DNA from: Candidatus Nomurabacteria bacterium
Lineage (GTDB): Bacteria; Patescibacteriota; Minisyncoccia; Phycocordibacterales; UBA5272
NCBI GenBank assembly: GCA_029288775.1
Contig: JARIGQ010000006.1
Location: 64,120-128,119 of the forward strand
Direction of reading: 5' to 3'
DNA: 64,000 bases
The stretch's first letter is position 1. Every line of letters begins with the position of its first letter. The notes below the pieces were generated by a model that made no database searches, was not told the DNA's origin, and saw nothing but the letters and a program-made list of their open reading frames with translations. Below are positions 57,975-64,000 of the stretch, piece after piece. A program made the translations under genes and the position numbers.

Positions 57975-58613
57975 TTATAGCCCTTTGAGGAGTTCGAGCT
58001 CTTTTTTGGTAAGCGGCTCTTTATAGAGCTCGTTTACAAGCCACAAGCCGCTTTCTTTTATTTTTTCTTTTGGTGAGTATAGTCCAAGCCATTTCGAGGA
58101 GGGGGTACATATCTTACAGTGTGATACGGTGGAAATGATTTTGGATTCCAATAAGAGACGTTTGTCTTTATCATCAACTTGAATCACAGCAAAGAAAAAG
58201 TTCTTCTGCATATAGTCGGATATTTCTTTCTCAATGTGTTGTTGTTTTCCTTGGTCTACTTTGTGTCCGTGGGTATCGCGGGCAATCTTGGTTGTCATAT
58301 CCATTTCCCATATAGCAAGGTAGGGATCACGACCTTTGTTGAGGAGACAGCGCCCGATATTTTTTCGAAAGATACTGCGATCCTTGTTGGAGTTTAGAAA
58401 ATGCTGACGCAAACGCGAACGAAGCTGATTGTTACCTGTGTGCGTGCCTATGCGGACGATGCGATTACTTCCATGACCTGTCTCGCCCTTTTCAAATAAA
58501 ATATAGATGCCGTTTTCGGGAATGTTAGATTCATCATAAGGAAAGTGAAAGAGGGGAAGGGTGTTGGTCCACGAGGTAAGGTCCGTGCAAAGATTAGAAT
58601 AAGGTTTGTTCAT
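57975..58613 (-). CDS. GIY-YIG nuclease superfamily protein
   Basis: GIYILFEKGE-x10-RIVRIGTHTG...LRSRLRQH matches GIY-x10/11-YIG...R...H/E. Confidence 0.55.
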   Translation of the reverse strand: MNKPYSNLCTDLTSWTNTLPLFHFPYDESNIPENGIYILFEKGETGHGSNRIVRIGTHTGNNQLRSRLRQHFLNSNKDRSIFRKNIGRCLLNKGRDPYLAIWEMDMTTKIARDTHGHKVDQGKQQHIEKEISDYMQKNFFFAVIQVDDKDKRLLLESKIISTVSHCKICTPSSKWLGLYSPKEKIKESGLWLVNELYKEPLTKKELELLKGL

Positions 58614-59046
58614 AGGTTTCTTTTCTATGTGCTGAAGCTAGCTTTTTCTTAAGCCATCCTAACTGTTTACCTATCCCCAAACCTTTGAGTGGTACTTTTG
58701 CATTTCTACAAAGGGGAAGCAAAAACTTCCTGTAGTTTTCTCCCGCTAAGAAAATAATTTCGTCGTTACGAAAATCTATTTTCCCTTCCGTTTGATCGAT
58801 CACATCAAGTGCCCAGTCTTTGAGTTCGTGCGATTTCTTAGTATTGAGTGTTTCGTTATAGGTATCGATTTCTTTTTCCGGATCTACTAGGCCATATTTT
58901 GCCGAAAGAATGTAAATTGCATCTGGTTTGAGAGACTCCGCATACGTATAGTTCATCGTAAAGAGGGGGCTAATATACAAATCCTTGGCTTTGGCACGCC
59001 TATCTAGCTTTGTGCTTACGCAGGAGATAAGGACGATGCGGCTCAT
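58594..59046 (-). CDS. small uncharacterised protein coupled to the GIY-YIG gene
   Basis: 150 aa; N-terminal RIVLISCVSTKLD strand-loop motif; 20-nt overlap with the downstream GIY-YIG gene. Confidence 0.4.
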   Translation of the reverse strand: MSRIVLISCVSTKLDRRAKAKDLYISPLFTMNYTYAESLKPDAIYILSAKYGLVDPEKEIDTYNETLNTKKSHELKDWALDVIDQTEGKIDFRNDEIIFLAGENYRKFLLPLCRNAKVPLKGLGIGKQLGWLKKKLASAHRKETYEQTLF

Positions 59047-59053
59047 ACGCCGA

Positions 59054-59728
59054 TTATACTCCTATGCCTTGTTGTTCGCACCATGTAATACACTGCTCAA
59101 GTACCTCATCGCGACTCATAGAAGAGGAGTCGATTACAAGTGCGTCATCGGCAGGATAGAGTGCGCCAACTTCTTTGTTTTTATCACGCTCGTCGCGCAG
59201 AAGGAGTTCTTCGTAAATTTGTTCAAGGGTCTTACCGGTATGGGCTTTTTCTTCTTCTACAAATCTGCGTGAGGCTCGAATAGCAGGATCGGCATCGAGA
59301 TAAATCTTTGCTTGTGCTTGGGTAAATACGCGCGTGCACATGTCTCGGCCTTCCGCTACAAGTCCTGGTGCCTTGGCCATACGAAGCATGGTTTCATCGA
59401 GCGCTAAACGTACTTCGGTGATACTGCTTACGATCGATGCCGGGCTGCCATAGGTTTGGGTAGAAAGAATTGGCCAAATATCATCTCCATTGACGAGCAC
59501 TTTTTTGTCTTCAAAAGTAACTTCCAAGTTCTTGGCGATATTAACAAGAAGTTCCACATTGTCGAGCTCTACTCCGCTTGCTAGTGCTTCATAGGCAACC
59601 AGGCGATAGAGTGCGCCTGAGTTTAAATAGTTAAATCCGAAGTGCTGCGCCAGGCGATAGGCGATAGTACCTTTGCCGGAAGATGAGGTCCCGTCTATGG
59701 CTATTATCGGGATTTCGGGACGTTCCAT
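59054..59728 (-). CDS. cmk: cytidylate kinase
   Basis: IIAIDGTSSSGKGT P-loop, NSGALYR, DGRD motifs. Confidence 0.85.
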   Translation of the reverse strand: MERPEIPIIAIDGTSSSGKGTIAYRLAQHFGFNYLNSGALYRLVAYEALASGVELDNVELLVNIAKNLEVTFEDKKVLVNGDDIWPILSTQTYGSPASIVSSITEVRLALDETMLRMAKAPGLVAEGRDMCTRVFTQAQAKIYLDADPAIRASRRFVEEEKAHTGKTLEQIYEELLLRDERDKNKEVGALYPADDALVIDSSSMSRDEVLEQCITWCEQQGIGV

Positions 59729-59824
59729 ACGCTTTGGAGTATACCTGGGCAGAAGCCTTTTTTCCAAGAAAGTGGGGATATTCTACCTAATGCGAAAGAA
59801 ACCCTATAAATCCTTGATAAAATG

Positions 59825-59853
59825 CTTGACTTCCCGACCTTTTAGGTATAGAA
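59825..59853 (+). promoter_or_regulatory. putative rRNA promoter TTGACT-17-TAGAAT
   Basis: about 190 nt upstream of the 16S 5' end. Confidence 0.45.
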
Positions 59854-60044
59854 TAGGGGTCTTCGCGAGCTTCAGGGTAACTTGTAGCAAACGGAGAATT
59901 TCAGTAGTAAATTGTCAAAGCAAGAGCAGCTGCGGAAGATAGATCAGAAAACTCTCAAATGTTTCTGATTACAAACGTCTTCTGATGACGCTGCAAACAT
60001 TACACACATTGTGCATTTTTGTTTTTCTTTTGTCACACTCTATT

Positions 60045-61592
<1,548 letters not shown>

Positions 61593-61820
61593 TGAAATCG
61601 GTCAACATACCTATTTAATAGGGTGTATGATTCTTGTCGAACTATTGTTTTCAATAGAGGAATTGATAGTGATCCTTAACACTATCCGCGTTACAGCGAA
61701 AGGTAACACAAGTCGCGCAAGCGCTAGAGTGTGACAAAAGAAAGATGTGAAATCTCAATGTGTGTAATGTAATGAAATAGCCCCGATCGCTACGCGATCG
61801 GGGCTTCTCCGTTTTCGGAT

Positions 61821-62234
61821 TCATGCCTGCTTCTTCCAGGGTGGGGGAGGGGCAATTGATTCCCCGGTGCGATCAGCTGGTTGCTTTTTGAAGAGTAGGT
61901 TGTTATTGCGCAACCGCTGGCCGTTTCCGCGAAAGAGCATCCATACCCGGCTTGGCGGTTTGTACCACAAGAGGCAGCCACAACTTTCCGCCAGACGTTT
62001 CTCGATCACAACTTCGGCGACCGCCCATTTGAGATCCAGTGTCGCTTCCTCTTTTGTTTGGAGGATGTGTGAACCCTGGGTGAATGGGAGATTGTGTGCC
62101 GAAAGGGTGTGGGCCATCGCTTGAAGCTGATCCACGTTGCCGGCAACTGCCCAGCTTGAGAGGCGACGCCTTTTCTGCTGTTCGGTTTCAGTGCGTTCCA
62201 CGGAGTATCTCCTTTTAATGAACGGATGTCTCAT
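61821..62234 (-). CDS. GC-rich hypothetical protein inside the 16S-tRNA-Ile spacer
   Basis: 137 aa, about 55% GC, terminator at 61788-61815. Confidence 0.35.
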   Translation of the reverse strand: MRHPFIKRRYSVERTETEQQKRRRLSSWAVAGNVDQLQAMAHTLSAHNLPFTQGSHILQTKEEATLDLKWAVAEVVIEKRLAESCGCLLWYKPPSRVWMLFRGNGQRLRNNNLLFKKQPADRTGESIAPPPPWKKQA

Positions 62235-62325
62235 TTTCCCTTATGGAGTAAGCTTTTGCAAGGTATTGACTTTTATATAAAAACGTGATATATTATATTA
62301 GTACCCATAACGGAGGAGTTCCTTC

Positions 62326-62568
62326 ATGAACCACCATTTTTCGAAAACGATGACGATCGGTGGAACCGACCGCCATCGCATGAACGCGATGGACTTCGGT
62401 CGCCCGGTGCCGGCCGGCAAGAAGCAGGCCGATTGGTCTGGGGTCATCATTGCAGGAGGGGTCATCCTCTTCCTCGTGGTCCTGGCTCTGCCGACGGTTT
62501 CGGAATCGTTCCGGCAACATACCGGCATCACGGGCTGGGTGGAATCCCTGCGGAATCTCTTCCGCTAA
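62326..62568 (+). CDS. GC-rich small membrane protein inside the rRNA spacer
   Basis: 80 aa with one TM; ACGGAGGAG SD 8 nt before the ATG; promoter TTGACT...; terminator at 62588-62622. Confidence 0.4.
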   Translation: MNHHFSKTMTIGGTDRHRMNAMDFGRPVPAGKKQADWSGVIIAGGVILFLVVLALPTVSESFRQHTGITGWVESLRNLFR

Positions 62569-62670
62569 TCCATCCCGGACCTTCAACCAAGCCTGCCTGC
62601 GCTTACGCGCGGCAGGCTTTTTCATTTGGTATTTTTGTGGTAGTATTGTGCTTACGTTTCAAATAATCAT

Positions 62671-62743
62671 GCGCGAATAGCTCAGCTGGTAGAGCACTCG
62701 ACTGATACTCGAGCGGTCCCAAGTTCGAATCTTGGTTCGCGCA
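62671..62743 (+). tRNA. tRNA-Ile (anticodon GAU)
   Basis: acceptor GCGCGAA/TTCGCGC, anticodon loop cTGATAc, T-loop TTCGAAT; usual 16S-23S spacer tRNA. Confidence 0.85.
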
Positions 62744-62796
62744 CATGGAAACAAAAAGACGGGCAACTAATTGAGCGCGTCTTTTTGTTTTTACTT

Positions 62797-62934
62797 ATGA
62801 ACCAAGATTCGAACGGGGAAAGGGGTCGGGAAAACGGATAAAGTTTTCCCGTGGCGGAAGAATGGAAACCGAGGGGTTTCCAAACCGAAATGAGTGATAA
62901 CGAATGGAGGTTGTGAGATTCTTGGTTCGCGCAC
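62797..62934. repeat. tRNA-Ile 3'-end-derived repeats: inverted copy (62797-62812) and direct copy (62917-62934) enclosing about 105 nt
   Basis: GAACCAAGATTCGAAC is the reverse complement of the tRNA T-arm/acceptor; GATTCTTGGTTCGCGCAC repeats tRNA positions 62727-62744. Confidence 0.45.
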
Positions 62935-62997
62935 CAATAGACAAAACCACTCGCATCTTGTAGAGTGGTTTTGTTCTTTGTCCTTGAGGGGGTTTCT

Positions 62998-63309
62998 ATG
63001 GATGGTTACAGAATTGCCGGAAAGGGGGATCTTCCCGACATCCTACATCGCTTGAAGTCGGGAGATCACAAAGGTGTCTTGGTGCGGTCGCTGTATCGTT
63101 CCGACACTGAACCGTATGCACTCCTCGAACTTTGTCGGGGACCTTTTACGCTTCAGGAGGGTATTCTTTCCGGATTTGCCAATAATGGGGAGCATGCATT
63201 GCTTCGCATTGCAGATAGTTCGCTGTCTCACGTGGAAATTAAGTTGGGCAACGAAGAGTGGTTTGGGCCGGAGCTCAGTTCGATCGTTCTTCTCATTCCC
63301 GCGAAGTAA
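62998..63309 (+). CDS. hypothetical protein (moderately GC-rich)
   Basis: 104 aa; GAGGGGGT SD; terminator at 63312-63340. Confidence 0.35.
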   Translation: MDGYRIAGKGDLPDILHRLKSGDHKGVLVRSLYRSDTEPYALLELCRGPFTLQEGILSGFANNGEHALLRIADSSLSHVEIKLGNEEWFGPELSSIVLLIPAK

Positions 63310-63346
63310 CCGCACGCAAAACCGCGTGCGGTTTTGTTTTTGAATA

Positions 63347-63375
63347 TTGACAAATAAATTTTAATATGTTACAAT
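63347..63375 (+). promoter_or_regulatory. promoter TTGACA-17-TACAAT (TG-extended)
   Basis: TTGACA at 63347-63352, TGTTACAAT at 63367-63375, 28 nt before the ATG at 63404. Confidence 0.5.
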
Positions 63376-63403
63376 GTATTTGTTCTTTTTTACGGAGATT
63401 TCC

Positions 63404-63613
63404 ATGTCTCACACAAAATCATTTGGCCACCGTTGCGCGGTCGTGCTTGCTTTCGTGATGTTCATCAGCATCATGGCGCAGCCTGCGCGAGACCTGTGGG
63501 TTTCGTACCAGGTCGCTTTCGCGGAAGATCCCGCTTTCATGTGGTTCTTCATGGAAGGCGGTATCACCATGACGATCTTCATTTACCTCCTTTGGCCACG
63601 AAGGACTCGTTAA
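63404..63613 (+). CDS. GC-rich small membrane protein
   Basis: 69 aa, two hydrophobic helices; ACGGAGAT SD; flanked by near-identical terminators (63312-63340 and 63622-63656). Confidence 0.4.
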   Translation: MSHTKSFGHRCAVVLAFVMFISIMAQPARDLWVSYQVAFAEDPAFMWFFMEGGITMTIFIYLLWPRRTR

Positions 63614-63719
63614 GTCTGAACCGACCGCATGCAAAACCGCGTGCGGTTTTGTTTTTATAATACGTCGTTTGTGTTTAGTGCTGTTGCTTTCTCTTTTATG
63701 GAGCATACACTTAGGGTGT

Positions 63720-64000
63720 ATGGACACAACAATCAATTATTGGGCAGTGCTAGGAGGGGCTATCTTTTTATTCATAATGGGAATGATTTGGTATGGGCCA
63801 TTGTTTGGCAAGCTTTGGAGAAAGATTGTAGGTGCTGAACATATGAGCAAAGAGGAAATGGCGAAGATGCAAAAGGAGATGATGCCTATGTATCTTATGA
63901 CCATTGTGCTTGGTTTTATTACAAGCTATGTTTTGTATACGTTCGTACATATGTCGGGCATGGGAATTTCTATGGGATTCTGGATTTGGCTTGGCTTTCA
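63720..64000 (+). CDS. DUF1761-family membrane protein (3'-partial, runs off the window)
   Basis: MDTTINYWAVLGGAIFLFIMGMIWYGPLFGKLWRKIVG... typical DUF1761 N-terminus. Confidence 0.5.
   Translation, partial: MDTTINYWAVLGGAIFLFIMGMIWYGPLFGKLWRKIVGAEHMSKEEMAKMQKEMMPMYLMTIVLGFITSYVLYTFVHMSGMGISMGFWIWLGF

Overview
This window looks like a small, AT-rich (about 38-40% GC) genome of the Candidate Phyla Radiation type. The gene set is typical of that group: translation genes (secE-nusG-rplK, rpsF-ssb-rpsR, infC-rpmI-rplT, ArgS, a eukaryote-like type-2 IleS, MetG), FtsH, RecG, SecDF, smpB-ssrA, PAP2/DedA/GT9 envelope genes, many small membrane and secreted proteins, and a 16S rRNA carrying GTGCCAGCAGCAGCGG at the 515 site. 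Host genes are almost all leaderless: a TATAAT-like -10 box sits 5-10 nt before the ATG, with no Shine-Dalgarno (SD). The 16S 3' end reads ...GGATTAATTCAATG instead of ...GGATCACCTCCTT, so the anti-SD CCUCC is absent. Scattered through this background are at least 11 short islets of about 52-60% GC. Each has its own strong SD (GGAGG-like, 5-8 nt before the start) and its own hairpin terminator, and the encoded proteins are small secreted, lipoprotein, Cys-rich or zinc-ribbon proteins. The largest and most system-like islet (15.3-20.2 kb) contains a long-form dCTP deaminase (HFAGFFDPGF motif), an unknown 353-aa protein, and two complementary thymidylate-kinase-like proteins (one with the P-loop only, one with the TREPGGT dTMP motif only). 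It is wrapped around the host dut gene, with a palindromic operator in its divergent promoter. This is a candidate dU/dT-nucleotide (thymidine-modification or non-canonical thymidylate) module. Other notable items are a T-box leader before ileS; a complete histidine-phosphatase (PGAM-like) domain inserted inside IleS; a tRNA-Ile with anticodon UAU; a tmRNA with a G3:U70 acceptor pair; two tandem paralogous structured-RNA candidates with compensatory base changes (35.77-36.18 kb); a 16S-tRNA-Ile(GAU) spacer invaded by GC-rich genes, with the tRNA 3' end repeated downstream; a GC-rich lipoprotein gene inserted in-frame into the 5' end of a host gene; a frameshifted pseudogene of the 23S-IVS four-helix-bundle family; and a GIY-YIG nuclease gene pair. 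No CRISPR array, transposase or integrase was seen.
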